A stretch of 64,000 bases of DNA from Andalucia godoyi And28 (taxonomy: Eukaryota > Protista > Jakobida). Below the pieces are notes generated by a model. The model did not search any database. It was given only the letters and a program-made list of their open reading frames with translations, and was not told the DNA's origin. The stretch is from positions 269,351 to 333,350 of the forward strand of contig VRVR01000014.1 in NCBI GenBank assembly GCA_009859145.1, read 5' to 3'. The translations under genes and the position numbers were made by a program. Below, one piece after another: positions 11,600-22,754 of this stretch (the stretch's first letter is position 1; the number at the start of each line of letters is the position of its first letter).

Positions 11600-12766
11600 A
11601 TGTACGTGGCGAGCAAGAGTGTGTGGAACAGCCATCAAGTGTCGGACGAGTGTTATGTGCTTGACATGGATCTGAACAGCGATCACAGCGTGCTGTCGGT
11701 TGCATCATCTTCGCATGTGATTAAGCAGTATGCGGCGGACAGCGACTTGTCGTTTCGCAGCGAGCTGAAGGGGCACACACAGCGGATTCACCAGATCCGG
11801 CACGACCAGAGCTCAGCTCCTCATGTGGCGTCTGGTTCCGCAGACAGCACCGCGCGTCTCTGGGACCTTCGCTCGGGCCGCAGCGAGCGCACGTGCTCGT
11901 TCCCACGCGGACAGGAAGTCTACGCAGTTGACGTCTCTATACAGCGGAGCGTTATGGCAGTCGGAGTTGATTCTAGAGTGGTCCTCCTGGACTTGTCGAC
12001 AGGACGCACGATCCACGCATGGGACGACGCGCACTCGAACGAGGTGTCCCAGGTCGCTTTCCATCCGTCCGTGCCCAACATGCTGTTCTCGGCCTCCGTC
12101 GATGGCTTCATCAACCAGTTTGATCTGCTATCCTTGAACACCACCAGCAGTGGCAGTGGCGGAGTAAAGAAGGAAAAGAGTCGGAAAAAGAACGCCGGGT
12201 TCGACGACAACGACGACGACAACGACGAGGATGAGCAGGGAGAGGGAGAGGAAGATGAGGACGGACTCCAAGCGACCATGAATGTGCAAGATGCAGTGTC
12301 CAGAATTGGGTTCTTCGGACGCCAAAATGAGAATTTATGGGTGACGACAACGTCAGAAAGGCTTTCGCTATGGAGCCTAGAGTCTGCCTCGCGAATCGCG
12401 GACTTTGATCAGACCGTCCGAGAGACCTGTGTTGCCGATTACCTTGTGTCGTGCGTGTACGACTCGGATTCAGATGCGCTGGTTGTGGCAACAGGCACAT
12501 TCGACGGAACCATCAGGCTTGCTGCAGTCTCGCAAACTGCAGTCCAGCAGCCGTTTGCGGAGCTGTCTGGCGCCCATTCGGCTCTTGTCAGATCGTGCCT
12601 TGTGAGCTCGGCTGGAAATGTCATCTACACGGGCGCTGAAGACTCGAAAATCACAATGTGGACTAGAAATACCGGAGCTGCTGCACACCCGTCTGCAAGC
12701 AACTCTCCTCTTGTGGACGATGAGCGACGCGCCGAAAGGGAAAAGAGAAGGTACAGTCCGTACTGA
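11600..12766 (+). CDS. WDR89: WD40-repeat protein, WDR89-like
   Basis: WD repeats (LKGHTQRI...SGSADSTARLWD). DAHSNEVSQVAFHPSVPNMLFSASVDGFINQFD matches the recalled WDR89 repeat. Confidence 0.8.
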   Translation: MYVASKSVWNSHQVSDECYVLDMDLNSDHSVLSVASSSHVIKQYAADSDLSFRSELKGHTQRIHQIRHDQSSAPHVASGSADSTARLWDLRSGRSERTCSFPRGQEVYAVDVSIQRSVMAVGVDSRVVLLDLSTGRTIHAWDDAHSNEVSQVAFHPSVPNMLFSASVDGFINQFDLLSLNTTSSGSGGVKKEKSRKKNAGFDDNDDDNDEDEQGEGEEDEDGLQATMNVQDAVSRIGFFGRQNENLWVTTTSERLSLWSLESASRIADFDQTVRETCVADYLVSCVYDSDSDALVVATGTFDGTIRLAAVSQTAVQQPFAELSGAHSALVRSCLVSSAGNVIYTGAEDSKITMWTRNTGAAAHPSASNSPLVDDERRAEREKRRYSPY

Positions 12767-12858
12767 ATAAAAAAGAAACGGGAAAAAACAACAGCAAACA
12801 ACAACAACAACAACAACAACAAAAAGCTAAAAAAACTTGTATCCACGGCATGCGCCCT

Positions 12859-13755
12859 TCAGCATGCTAGTGGACGCGCATCCGCTCCGGTTTGTTGCAT
12901 TCGAATGGCAGCTGCTGTCGCTGTTTGGGGGTCTTGGGGTGACGGTTTCTGGTGCGTTTCGATTGAGAGAATCTTGACGACGGTGGCGGACAGGCCGTGT
13001 TGCTCGAGATGGCGCTTGAATTCAGTGCAGTAACAGTTGCATTCTAAGATGAAGCGGAAACGGCACGCGGCACATTCCGAGTTCATCTGAAGATAGGAAA
13101 ACGCCTCTGTGATCGTTTCAAAAGGGACCATTTCCTGCGCAGAAGAGATTTCTCGATCGAGACTTCCGTCCCACAATCGTTCGAAATCGGGCGGATTGTC
13201 CGTCGCCCATACCGCACAGCACGTGGATGGTTCATGTTCGTACAGATTGCCAATAGTGAGGCAAACACTTGGTTCTGCCGATGCAGAACTCGCGGTGGTA
13301 TAGCTGGCCGTTTGGCGGACGTGGCCTGGGGTGTCAACCGGATGGCCCGTGCCTTTTACGCTGTCATCCTCGGTCGACAAACGACGGCATGCTGGAGACA
13401 CATCTTGGACCTTCCCCGAACGGAAATCCACGGCTACGACCATTGGGCGCCCATTGAGCACGTCGGTTGCGCCGATGCTGGACATCGCACGAACCAGGAC
13501 CTTGATGCACACACGATAGTTCGACAGCGTCTCTGCTGGCTCCAGACCGTAGATCAAAAGACACTCGTCCTTGTTACAGATCCGTTCTTTCCTCACCGCG
13601 TCATCGAGAAGAGCAATCAGTCGCCCAATCTGCGGTGCGTGCTCGTCCGAGAGGGTTCGCGACGCAGATGCGTACCAAGCACCATCGAACACTTGAACTC
13701 TTTCGGACTTGCTGCAACAAGCTCTCAGCGTCAGCAGCAGCTCCGTATTCTTCAT
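12859..13755 (-). CDS. Unknown-family protein, paralogue A of the head-to-head pair
   Basis: ATG 13755 (MKNTELLLTL), 298 aa; aligns by eye along its length with ORF 14352-15437. Confidence 0.75.
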   Translation of the reverse strand: MKNTELLLTLRACCSKSERVQVFDGAWYASASRTLSDEHAPQIGRLIALLDDAVRKERICNKDECLLIYGLEPAETLSNYRVCIKVLVRAMSSIGATDVLNGRPMVVAVDFRSGKVQDVSPACRRLSTEDDSVKGTGHPVDTPGHVRQTASYTTASSASAEPSVCLTIGNLYEHEPSTCCAVWATDNPPDFERLWDGSLDREISSAQEMVPFETITEAFSYLQMNSECAACRFRFILECNCYCTEFKRHLEQHGLSATVVKILSIETHQKPSPQDPQTATAAAIRMQQTGADARPLAC

Positions 13756-14351
13756 TGTTCCCTCCCGCTTCCTCCTTTTTCTTCCCCGCAGCACTGCAGA
13801 GTGTGGTCGTTCAAACGGGAAAGACAACACAATTTTTTTTTTGTTGAAAAAACGCGCAAGTGCCGACAAACGGGTGCTTGTCAGGTTGTCGCTGGTCTGC
13901 TAGCCAGCAGACAAACATGTCGGGGATTGGAGGGCTTTCGAATGCGACCGGGGGGAAGGGGGGGGGGGAATATAGATATAAGTGGAAGTGGTTTTCGGAG
14001 GATTGCACACACACAGGACGGCGTCGAGTTCGATACAAATGAACGTAGCGACTGAAACAAAGTGACGTCCTCTGAGAATACAACTTGGGGTGCAATTTGC
14101 ACAACAAATTCCCTTTTTGAGCGTCTGGGGCTAGTCAACTAACGTATCCGTTCCGTGTCGGGACCTCCCCCCACCCGTTCCGGAAAATGGAGCGGTCAAG
14201 GTTTTTGGGGGGCCCAACATGAACACAGAGAAGATGTTAAAGGACGGCGACTCCCGCACATCATTTCTTTCTCATCTGAATGTTTTGTTACGGTTTTGCA
14301 CTGTCTGATTCTTGAACCACACTGAGGAAAAAAAACCAACAACCAGATTTC

Positions 14352-15437
14352 ATGAGGTCTGAAGAGTTCGTGTTCCTGCTCACAGCAAGCGCCAACAAAA
14401 CAGCAAATATTCGAATATTTTCTGGCAAGTGGTATTCCGGATGCGATCAGATCGACACATCGATTGCACGCCAAATGGGGAGCTTGGTGGGTTTGCTGCA
14501 ACAGAACGTAGACAATGGAATACTTCCGTGCGATCCTCGGACCGAGTACCTGCTCTTGTACAATGTCCAAAAGAGTGCGATTTCTTCCGACTGGTTAACG
14601 GTGGACCTGCTTATTCGTTCGCAAGAAGGAAGCTGGATCACGAAATCGCATCTTCGGAGCGATACCCTTGTTGGAAAGCCTCTCAATCTCGCCGTCAACG
14701 CCGACACACTGGAGGTAGTCAACGAGACCGAAGCTCTACTTCGTATGGGTCTTATTGATGAAAGCGACGTTGCACCGGGGAAGCAGCCGTCGTCTTCCTC
14801 CTCCGGGAACTGCGAAGCCACTAGCCTGCCTCAGCCAATCGTCCTTGGAAGTTTGCACCATTCTTCAGCTCCCGTCACCTTCTTAGCGTGCAAAGCGCAT
14901 CGAGAGCAGTTTCAGCCGGAGGCCATTTTCAACGGATCGCGCGACTCGCACTTTGCGGATTTGTTCCGAGAAGGCCGCTTGCTTCCGTTTTCTATGGTTT
15001 CCGATGCGTACATGCACGTCATCTCCCCGGAGTCGCCGTCATCACAGCGAAACCGGTCGCAGAACGTTGGCCCGTCGGATACAGATGGTCCGCCTGACTG
15101 TGGCAAACAAGAGATGTCTGCAGAAGCGTCGAATAAACCCCGCGTTCCCGGCAACCTTCTGCCTGTTGTGGATGAATCCGAGGTGGATCACTCCGGTTTG
15201 TGTCACGGATTTATTCTCGAGATAAAAGGCCGGCGACGGGATGTACAAAAGATTGTGGATCAAGGAGTGGGTAAGATGACGAGCAAGGTGATCGAGATCC
15301 CCACAGGCGAGGTCACAGCGACGACAAACACGTCAGCTGCGCAGCCAGAGAACAACGTCATGGACCAGTTTAAAAGACTGAAGACTGCGTACCCCGGTTT
15401 TCAGGTTCCGGATGCGCCTCCTCCATCGAGCGCATAG
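14352..15437 (+). CDS. Unknown-family protein, paralogue B of the head-to-head pair
   Basis: 361-aa ORF. Shared blocks with paralogue A: F.G.WY, A.Q.G.L..LL, E.LL.Y, D.L.G.P...AV, GS.D, PF, FILE. Confidence 0.8.
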   Translation: MRSEEFVFLLTASANKTANIRIFSGKWYSGCDQIDTSIARQMGSLVGLLQQNVDNGILPCDPRTEYLLLYNVQKSAISSDWLTVDLLIRSQEGSWITKSHLRSDTLVGKPLNLAVNADTLEVVNETEALLRMGLIDESDVAPGKQPSSSSSGNCEATSLPQPIVLGSLHHSSAPVTFLACKAHREQFQPEAIFNGSRDSHFADLFREGRLLPFSMVSDAYMHVISPESPSSQRNRSQNVGPSDTDGPPDCGKQEMSAEASNKPRVPGNLLPVVDESEVDHSGLCHGFILEIKGRRRDVQKIVDQGVGKMTSKVIEIPTGEVTATTNTSAAQPENNVMDQFKRLKTAYPGFQVPDAPPPSSA

Positions 15438-15607
15438 ATCATGAAGCCCCTTCCCCCCCCCCCCCCACTGGATAAGCCCCGTGGAATATCTCTTTGGACG
15501 CCACCGATTAAAAAAACAAAAAGGAGAGTGCAAAACATTGGTTCGGAGAGGGCGTGAAGAACGGAAGGACAGCGATCGTTCCAAGGAGGAAAAAACAGAA
15601 ATCCTCT

Positions 15608-16339
15608 TTATTTTGACGATTTTTTCCAAAACTTCCACGAACTTCCTGATTTTTCCTTGGTGGTTTCCCCTTTGCTTGAGACGTCGCCGTCTCGAATCGA
15701 CCGCACAAGTGCAGCAAAGCAATTGTCCACATGTATGTTTGTTTTTGCCGACGTTTCAAAGAACGGAGACCGGATATCGGCCGCAAGCGCTGCTGCGTCT
15801 GACTCCTGCACCTGCCGTTTCGCCGCCGCCAAATCCACCTTGTTTGCAGCGACAACGCACGGAAACCACTCGACGTCTTTTGCGCGCAAGACCCGGTTCC
15901 GCATGGTTTTAATGTCCGCAAACGTCGCTGCGTTTGTCAGATCATACACAAAAATAAACCCGTCTCCAGTCCGATTGTACTGGTCACGAAGAACCGCATA
16001 CTCTTCTTGGCCAGCAGTATCAAGGATGTTCAGCGTGTACTCCTCTCCGTCCACAACAAGCGTCTTTCGATACGTGTCCTCAATCGTCGGATTGTAGTCT
16101 TCTTGGAACTTGTTCTCTGTGAACCGGATTGTCAGCGCTGCAAAAGTCATAACCCCCAAAATCCAAACGAACCGTGCCATATTAAAAAACCTCACAAAGT
16201 AAGAGTGAATTGTTACATTGTAGAAGCCGCACAATCACTCAAAATACGAGAACAAAAACAAAACAAACAAGCAAACCGACATACATGATTTCCCGACGCC
16301 GCCTTGTCCCACAATCACAATCTTCAAAGACTTTGCCAT
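15608..16339 (-). CDS. Ras-family small GTPase without a CAAX box, 2 exons
   Basis: Exon 16339-16285 (MAKSLKIVIVGQGGVGKS), intron 16284-16138 (147 nt), exon 16137-15608. Motifs YNPTIEDTY, DTAGQEEY, NKVD, ETSAK; ends WKFWKKSSK*. Confidence 0.9.
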
Positions 16340-16650
16340 TTTTCCAAAATGTTCTCAATGGCTCCCTTTCACCTCGCAGATCTTGTCGTTCGCGGTCCGC
16401 TTACTCTCACTCTCTGCAGCAGGATTGGAAGAGAAAATATAAATAAAATATGTCGGCCGGGCAGCTCTGCAAGGCAAAAACTAGGAAAGCTTTTGGAAAG
16501 CGGGAATTAGGTCACAGTAAATGTCCGATCGAGTCGGCGTTGGTGGTGCGGGGACGACTCCACCGTTCCATGTCAGTGTCAGACTGTCAGTGTCAGTGTC
16601 CGTTTCGTTCTGTCTTGCATTGACTTTTACGAGTTCCGAAAGAGAGACAA

Positions 16651-16736
16651 TGTGTGTGTGTGTGTGTGTGTGAGTGAGAGAGAGAGAGAGAGAGAGACAG
16701 AGAGAGAGAGAGAAGGTTGATTAATTCCCACGCGAT

Positions 16737-16768
<32 letters not shown>
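16651..16768. repeat. Compound (GT)n(GA)n...(CA)n microsatellite upstream of ERH
   Basis: Directly visible dinucleotide runs. Confidence 0.9.
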
Positions 16769-16771
<3 letters not shown>

Positions 16772-16790
16772 TAGAAGGAAAAAAAGAAGA

Positions 16791-16995
16791 ATGACACATA
16801 CAATTCTGCTTTTGCAGCTTGGGCGGCAACGCTCATCGCGCACGTTCCGCGACTACGAAGATGTCGCGCAGTGCATCCAAGGTATGCTTTCCATCCGAGA
16901 CAACAACAACATGTGCTACGACCGAGGACAGAGAATGCAACAAAAATAGCAATAACAAGCACAGAGAAAGGGGGACGAGGAAAAAAAAAGAAAAA

Positions 16996-17031
<36 letters not shown>

Positions 17032-17286
17032 CGTGTGTGTACTAATGCGACAATAGATATTGTGGTGATGTTTGAGGGCGAGCTGCGCAGACTGAATCCC
17101 AACGTTGGATCGCTGGCGTACCAGATCAGCGATGTTCAGAACTGGATTGATTCGCTTCCAGATATGGTCATTCTGTGTTTCAGTCCACAACGTGCTGCAT
17201 ATGATCCGCACGACAAGACATGGATCAAAGAACGCGTTCACACTCACATTGCACAGCTGTCCCAACGCTCCGGCTTCCGATCTTAG
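16791..17286 (+). CDS. ERH: Enhancer of rudimentary homologue, 2 exons
   Basis: Exon 16791-16881 (MTHTILLLQLGRQRSSRTFRDYEDVAQCIQ), intron 16882-17056, exon 17057-17286 (FEGELRRLNPNVGSLAYQISDV...YDPHDKTWIKER). Confidence 0.93.
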
Positions 17287-17371
17287 CAACACGAACAAGA
17301 ACAAGGAGGCAGAAGAGGAAGCTAGGTTAAAGATAATAAAGGAAAAGCTTTTGCAAGGTTAGCCGTCCGAA

Positions 17372-17989
17372 CTAGAGAATGGTGCTGGAGGATTTTTCAA
17401 TGTGCTTTGCGTGCTTCGAAAACTCGGATTCGACAATGAGGTGTTGAGTGGAGACTAGCCGGTCGATGTAGACGATTCCGTTGAGATGGTCGAGTTCGTG
17501 CTGGAACACTCGTGCTTCGAACCCTTGCAACGTTTCCGACTTTTGGATGCCATTGACGTCCAGGTACGACACCTTGATGTTTCGGAACCGAGGGACGTAC
17601 CCCAAAAACCCAGGGATCGATAAACATCCCTCCCAGCCCCACTCCTTCTCATTTTCCATTTCTGAGACCACTTTTCCCTTGACCGCCGCACTGGTGCCGC
17701 TGGTGCCACCTACACTGTTTGTGGAGGTGGTGATGACCGACTCGAGAACCGGATTGACGATGGTTTTGTACTCGGTTTGGCCCTCGTTGGACATGATAAA
17801 CACACGCAGCAGGGTGTTAATCTGGGGAGCTGCAATGCCGACGCCACAATGGGTCTTCATGGTGTTTGTCAGCTGCGTCGCCAGAGTCTTGACTTGCGCC
17901 CGATGATGGGAAAAGTCCACCGGCTGACACACCTTTCGAAGCGCTGGATTCCCAAGAAACGTCAGCTTGGCAACATTCGAAAACCTCAT
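17372..17989 (-). CDS. PDF: Peptide deformylase
   Basis: All three motifs present: GVGIAAPQI, EGCLSIPG, HELDHLNG. First ATG at 17989. Confidence 0.93.
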   Translation of the reverse strand: MRFSNVAKLTFLGNPALRKVCQPVDFSHHRAQVKTLATQLTNTMKTHCGVGIAAPQINTLLRVFIMSNEGQTEYKTIVNPVLESVITTSTNSVGGTSGTSAAVKGKVVSEMENEKEWGWEGCLSIPGFLGYVPRFRNIKVSYLDVNGIQKSETLQGFEARVFQHELDHLNGIVYIDRLVSTQHLIVESEFSKHAKHIEKSSSTIL

Positions 17990-18329
17990 CGTCTCCCACC
18001 CCCTCACTTCCACTCAGTTCAGACAAGGAAAGAGCCTGCAAAAAAGCAGTGCAATATATAAACAAACAAATAAATGAATGAACAAACCTGAGACAGTCAG
18101 TCATGGAAGAAATACAAACAAACAAAGCACATTCATCATACATGGGATGAATGGTGCGTCTGGTTCTGATGAACGTGCGTTGTATGGACTCATCTTTTAC
18201 TTGGGGGGATTCTTCTTCATTCATCCTTTTTTTTCTTCTTCTTCATCTTCGGGGAAAAAAAACAGGTTCACAACTGATTGCAAAGAGTATCTAATTTTGT
18301 TCTTCAAGGGGATGGGGGGAGGCGCGAAA

Positions 18330-18803
18330 TTAGTATGCTGCGAACTGCTTCTTTGCTGCCGAGGCGTGGGTGATGACCTTGAGGACGTTGAATCGGACAG
18401 TCTTGGAGAGCGGGCGGCATTCTCCGCAGATGACCTGGTCTCCCTGCTGGACACGGAAAGCTGGCGAGAGGTGGGCGGCGAAGTTCTTGTGGCGCTTCTC
18501 ATAACGGTTGTACTTGGGGATATAGTGGAGGTAGTCGCGGCGAAGAGTGACAGTGCGGGTCATCTTCGTGGACTTGATCACTCCGCGCATCAGACGACCA
18601 CGGATCGAAACGTTTCCGGTGAACGGGCACTTCTTGTCAACATAGTTACCCTCGATTGCGTCCTTGGGGGTCTTGAAGCCAAGGCCCACGTTCTTCCAAT
18701 AGCGAAGACCCGCCGACTTCTTCGACGAGCGCAAAAGCCGCTTTGAGCCAAGGAAGATAGGCTGCTGCTTCTGGAATGCCTTCTGGTCCTGAACGTCAGT
18801 CAT
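18330..18803 (-). CDS. RPS11: 40S ribosomal protein S11 (uS17)
   Basis: [13 protein letters not shown]...[32 protein letters not shown]...[10 protein letters not shown]; intronless. Confidence 0.97.
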   Translation of the reverse strand: MTDVQDQKAFQKQQPIFLGSKRLLRSSKKSAGLRYWKNVGLGFKTPKDAIEGNYVDKKCPFTGNVSIRGRLMRGVIKSTKMTRTVTLRRDYLHYIPKYNRYEKRHKNFAAHLSPAFRVQQGDQVICGECRPLSKTVRFNVLKVITHASAAKKQFAAY

Positions 18804-19522
18804 TCTCGGTTCCCGCAATACTTCCAATCTCTGTCGAAATCAAGAATAAAGAAAACAAGAAGAGAGAGAAAATCCAAAAGGAGGAAAGGAAAAATAGAAC
18901 GAAAAAGAGGAAATAGAATAAAAAGAAAGGCAAAGAATTATCTGTGGCTCCTTGAAACAACCCTCGTCCGTCCCTCCTCCGAAAAACCAAAAGACCTCTT
19001 CAAAAGGGAAACCGAGGATTCCCAAGGAGGGGAACCCGAGAAAAGAGGGCTTGGGCTAGGGTTAGCGGTTGCACGTTGTCCGGCGCACCATATCTTTTTA
19101 TTTTCCGTAATGAACCCTCGCTAATTGCAGTCTGAAAAAAAAAGAAAAGAAAAAAGGCAAGCATCAAGGAGGAGAAATTTGTTGCATCAATTGCCGGACC
19201 TTTTTCTCCCTCCAAATTGGATTGTGGGCGTTTGCGAATTGCCAATTGCGGCTTTGCGTGCTTCCCGCAAGCGTGAAGAGCTTTCTGCTTTCTTTGACTT
19301 TCTGTTCCTTTCCACGATGTGGACGCTCACTGACCGATCTCCCGCAAGTCCAAAGAAGTACTGCATCCTTCCACGTTCACCAGCGAAGTTTTTCTATAAA
19401 AACAAAAAACAACAACCACATCAGCAACAGTAACGCTAGACTGTGGGGTTTTTTGCTTTGTTTCTTTTTTTCCTTTCCCCATATAGACATTTCGAAACAA
19501 GAGAACTTGACGGAGTACACGG

Positions 19523-19711
19523 ATGTCGTCTGCAGTGGCACTTCCGGATGATGTGATATGCTTTTCAGCTTCTGAAATGGAGTTTCTTGCTGAGGAAACC
19601 CGAGTTGACATTGAGCCTTCGATTTCGATTCCGGCCGAAGTCGTTCTCTTATCCGTACGTTCCTCGCTCTTTTCTCCACCCAAGCATGATGATGCGTTAC
19701 TCACAGAGTTC

Positions 19712-19743
<32 letters not shown>

Positions 19744-20466
19744 TAGGGCACATTGTCTGCGTTTCGACCTTCTCGGATAGTCCGTGATGTTCCGCTATGG
19801 CTTGCGGTGTCGCTTCGTCAGCAAGCAAAGTGTCGTATCCGGCCGCCGCAATGGCTGGATGTTGACTACTTGTCTTCTGCACTAAATCTTGAGCGCATGC
19901 GAGAAAACGATGACAAATTCACTGCGCTTCCATTCCACTATTTGGAAGTAGCAACGATTCTTTTGGATGCAGCAGAGTCGGACATCCCGGCAGCTCCAAG
20001 GCTAAAGTCCATTGTGTCGGACCTGTTCCAGTTGCGCCAGGGAAAGCTGCGACGATCACTGATGGCTCTCGATGGGTACGTCGAGGGCTTCGAAGTCACG
20101 AATCTCTCTGCAATGGAAATCAACTCGGCAAGACACCTTGTTTGCGGCGCGCTCAACGAACTCTACAAGCTCCACGTTGCGTCCTCGGGTCCTCAAGCGC
20201 CATCGCAGACCCAGCAGCCTCGGGACAGCAGCAGCACCCAGCAATCAGCGTCATCCGCACCAGCACTGCACACAACGAGCATAGCTACAGGTGCAGGGGC
20301 GTGGAGCTCACAGCCTGGAGCGGGTGGCGTGATGGGCAGATCCGAGGATTCGCAGTTTGAATCGCAGATTACAGAGGGCGATTCAGCGCTAGGAAGAATG
20401 GGGTTCATCGAGGAAAATATCACGCAGACATTTCCACACTCAGACTCTTCTTCTTTTGCTCCGTAG
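19523..20466 (+). CDS. GINS2: GINS complex subunit Psf2, 2 exons
   Basis: Exon 19523-19654 (EMEFLAEE), intron 19655-19746 containing a (GAT)n run, exon 19747-20466 (VPLWLAVSLRQQAKCRIRPPQWL...LPFHYLE); low-complexity C-terminal extension. Confidence 0.92.
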
Positions 20467-20795
20467 TTATCTCTCCTTGTTGAATACTTATTTTTTAAAA
20501 AGCATACATGCGAAGCAAAACACGAAAAGATTGTTGCGTGCTTTCCAGTTGCCCACGTTGCAGGTACGTCATGAATGCTCTATTCTTCGAACGAGCTTGT
20601 CGTAGACGCATTCCGTTAAGTCTTAATATTATTATTCTTCCGCGTGTTGCGTCCTTTTCCTACTTTTCCCTTGCATTTCCCCTGCATTTCCCCTTCATTT
20701 TCTTCATTTTCTTTCATCTTTTCTTCTTCTTTCCACCGTAGAACTGGAGAGATCCGAAGAAAGCAGATAGAAGCAAGGAGTAGGGGAGAGGGTGA

Positions 20796-21635
20796 ATGAT
20801 GCAGACGCACGATCGAGTGTGGGAGAAGTTCCGCAGCAAGCCTTCGGACCGATCACAGCTCTGCGAAATGGAAGCACGGATGACGAACCGGCTGAGTTTT
20901 GTGCGGTCGACGTGCTATTACGATCCTTTGTTCACGCATTCCTCTGCGGTACTTGATCGTGGAGCTGATTTTGCGGCTTCCCCATCGGTTATGCAGCAAC
21001 AGCAGCTTTCCGACGCGCCGTCTTCTCTTACTTCGTCACCACATCAGTACCAACAAGGAGAGCATGACCAGCAGGAGCACGATGTGGAGGAGCAGCAGGA
21101 GGACGAGCAAGACAGGCAGAGAGATGTGCGGCGTATAGAACGGCAGTTTTCTGGATTCTCGCGTGCGCACAGCAGTACTGCATCGGATGTGAGCTCTGAG
21201 GAATCGGAAAGTTCCACAACGTCGTCCTCAGAGGACTCTGCGTCAAGCTATGAGACAGCGCAAGACGAATGCGTGGACTCAGACGCGGTCACCGAGACCA
21301 GCACACATGCTTTTGAAGCGATTGCTAGAGAATCAAGAATCCCAGTGCACATTTCGCATCGCACGCTTTTCGGAGTCCGTCGACGTCAGGACCAGGAAGA
21401 GGACGTCCAGGATGGTGATGGTGATGGTGATGATGATGGTGATGATGCTGATGTTGAAGAAGAAGAAGAACAAGAACAAGAACAAGAACAAGAAGAAGAA
21501 GAAGATGATGATGAGGAGGAGGAGGAAGAGATGGGCGAGGTGGAAGTAATTGAGGATGCCGAGTATGACGAAGAAGCAGAAGACGAGTTTGAGGCACAGC
21601 TTCAGCTTGCTCTTCGTCTTTCGATGCAGCCATAG
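20796..21635 (+). CDS. Acidic low-complexity protein with a C-terminal ubiquitin-interacting motif
   Basis: Ends DEFEAQLQLALRLSMQP (UIM consensus E..L..AL.LS); long D/E tract before it. Confidence 0.65.
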   Translation: MMQTHDRVWEKFRSKPSDRSQLCEMEARMTNRLSFVRSTCYYDPLFTHSSAVLDRGADFAASPSVMQQQQLSDAPSSLTSSPHQYQQGEHDQQEHDVEEQQEDEQDRQRDVRRIERQFSGFSRAHSSTASDVSSEESESSTTSSSEDSASSYETAQDECVDSDAVTETSTHAFEAIARESRIPVHISHRTLFGVRRRQDQEEDVQDGDGDGDDDGDDADVEEEEEQEQEQEQEEEEDDDEEEEEEMGEVEVIEDAEYDEEAEDEFEAQLQLALRLSMQP

Positions 21636-21693
21636 CCCACGCTCTTTGCCGTTCTGTATTCTTTATTATAACCATGGAAGCAGCACGCATCGA

Positions 21694-22497
21694 CTATTTT
21701 TGCGTCAGAATGGCTCGTCTAAGGATGTCCTCGATCTTGTGTTTGACCTGTTCTCGCGACGTTAGACGCTCATTCGTCGCCCCTTTTGTCCACACAAGCC
21801 TCTGGGTGATCCACGTGCTCTCATCCTCAAACATCGCCATGACATCCATCCCATGCTCGTCGACATGCGCCACGAACGCATCGAGAACCTCTCTGCTTTC
21901 ACCGTTCCACGATCGCATCATCTGTGCAAGCTGCACTGCATCCAGTCCCGTGTTCAGATCGTCCATCAGCGGCCCATACACACTCGTCAGCGCATCTTCG
22001 CGCGCCTTGCATACTTCATTCAGCGACGAGGTGTGCATTGCCCCGAAGCCGTCAATCAGCAGCAACGACCGCACCTCCAACCCATGCACCACCGTGTTCT
22101 TCTCTTTTTCAGCCCCTCTCTCCGTGTCAGCGTCCCTATCAGCGTCTGTGCTCGGAGACTTGGAGTCGGCGGTGGAAAAGAGGTCGGCAGGCCGCGGATG
22201 CCGACTAGAAGCAGGAACAGGCACTCCCGCGACCGAGACGCGTTCCGGGGCCCGCTTGGCCTGGAGAAACAGCTTGACGACCGAGACAGGATCGATGTGT
22301 CCCGTAGTGAGGCTGACTACAGCAGTTGAGGTCTCAAACTGCGCCGGACCCCGAAAGTGGAAAGCAGGTTTCGACGCCGGCTGGAATGATGCTTCCGTCA
22401 AGTGAGACACGAACCCAGCCGAGGATGTAGGATACGTGAGCTGCACGCGCGGCGATCGCAAAAGGATCGACTTGATCCGACTCGCCACACTCGACAT
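21694..22497 (-). CDS. Hypothetical protein with a possible mitochondrial presequence
   Basis: 267-aa ORF with an Arg/Ser-rich, acid-free N-terminus. Weak resemblance to the pyrimidine 5'-nucleotidase cap region, but no HAD DxDxT motif. Confidence 0.55.
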   Translation of the reverse strand: MSSVASRIKSILLRSPRVQLTYPTSSAGFVSHLTEASFQPASKPAFHFRGPAQFETSTAVVSLTTGHIDPVSVVKLFLQAKRAPERVSVAGVPVPASSRHPRPADLFSTADSKSPSTDADRDADTERGAEKEKNTVVHGLEVRSLLLIDGFGAMHTSSLNEVCKAREDALTSVYGPLMDDLNTGLDAVQLAQMMRSWNGESREVLDAFVAHVDEHGMDVMAMFEDESTWITQRLVWTKGATNERLTSREQVKHKIEDILRRAILTQK

Positions 22498-22509
22498 TCG
22501 CAGCTTGGA

Positions 22510-22540
<31 letters not shown>

Positions 22541-22754
22541 GTCTGTGTCTGTGTGTCTGTGTCTGTGTGTCTGTCGATCTGACTCTGAGGGCTCGTCGAT
22601 CAGTACCGCTGTTGCCGTGATCTTTGCGATTCAATGAATGGGAACGGTACGAAAACGAGCTGAAGGCTCATGCATTCAACAAAAAGGAATGGGGTAGAAT
22701 CAAGTGATGCAGAAACAAATGCGTCGGGCTTTTTTTGGTCCAGTCCTGCATTTT

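Noticed and set aside
18078-18746. 222-aa plus-strand ORF
   Set aside because: Antisense shadow of RPS11.
19052-19065. TGGGCT plus TAGGGTTAG (site II/telo-box-like) about 250 bp upstream of RPS11
   Set aside because: A single short match, and the plant-type regulatory logic cannot be assumed for this organism.
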